Origin: Novakomyces olei | Taxonomy: Eukaryota | DNA length: 64,000 nt | Reading direction: 5' to 3' | Assembly (NCBI GenBank): GCA_016906335.1 | Contig: JADEYG010000006.1 | Coordinates: forward strand, 1 to 64,000 | Shown: one piece after another, positions 63,903-64,000 of the stretch | Numbering within the stretch: the first letter of the stretch is position 1 | How the letters are laid out: every line of letters starts with the position of its first letter | Program-made: the position numbers and the translations under genes | Notes under the pieces: generated by a model | Database searches by the model: none | What the model was told of the DNA's origin: nothing | Seen by the model: only the letters and a program-made list of their open reading frames with translations

Positions 63903-64000
63903 GTTAATTAATTATTTATATATAATATAATATAATAAAATATAAAGTAAATGTTTTAAATTATTGTATATAAAATAAAATATAAAGTAAATGTTTTAAA

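Overview
A 64-kb segment of an extremely AT-rich fungal mitochondrial genome, probably an early-diverging ascomycete or yeast-like lineage (taxon not determinable from here). Every recognisable gene is on the + strand: rnl (3 group I introns), rns, 23 tRNAs, atp6/8/9, nad1/2/3/4/4L/5/6, cox3 and cox1 (6 exons; one group II intron with an RT/maturase ORF and four group I introns). Three LAGLIDADG ORFs lie in introns. cob, cox2, rps3, rnpB, trnS(gcu) and trnR(acg) were not found in the window. Breaks in the ORF track within nad and cox genes are in-frame TGA codons read as Trp. Main observations: (1) an unannotated 24-codon hydrophobic micro-ORF just downstream of cox3; (2) TGA=Trp in core genes although the only tRNA-Trp seen has a CCA anticodon with suppressor-like features; (3) about 29 short GGTGCA-An...Tn-TGCACC palindromes with matching filled and empty sites, organised in part into ~400-nt periodic arrays and a head-to-head cluster; (4) a 5'-A to 3'-T synonymous-codon gradient within genes. 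All counts and coordinates are by hand, and rRNA ends are approximate.
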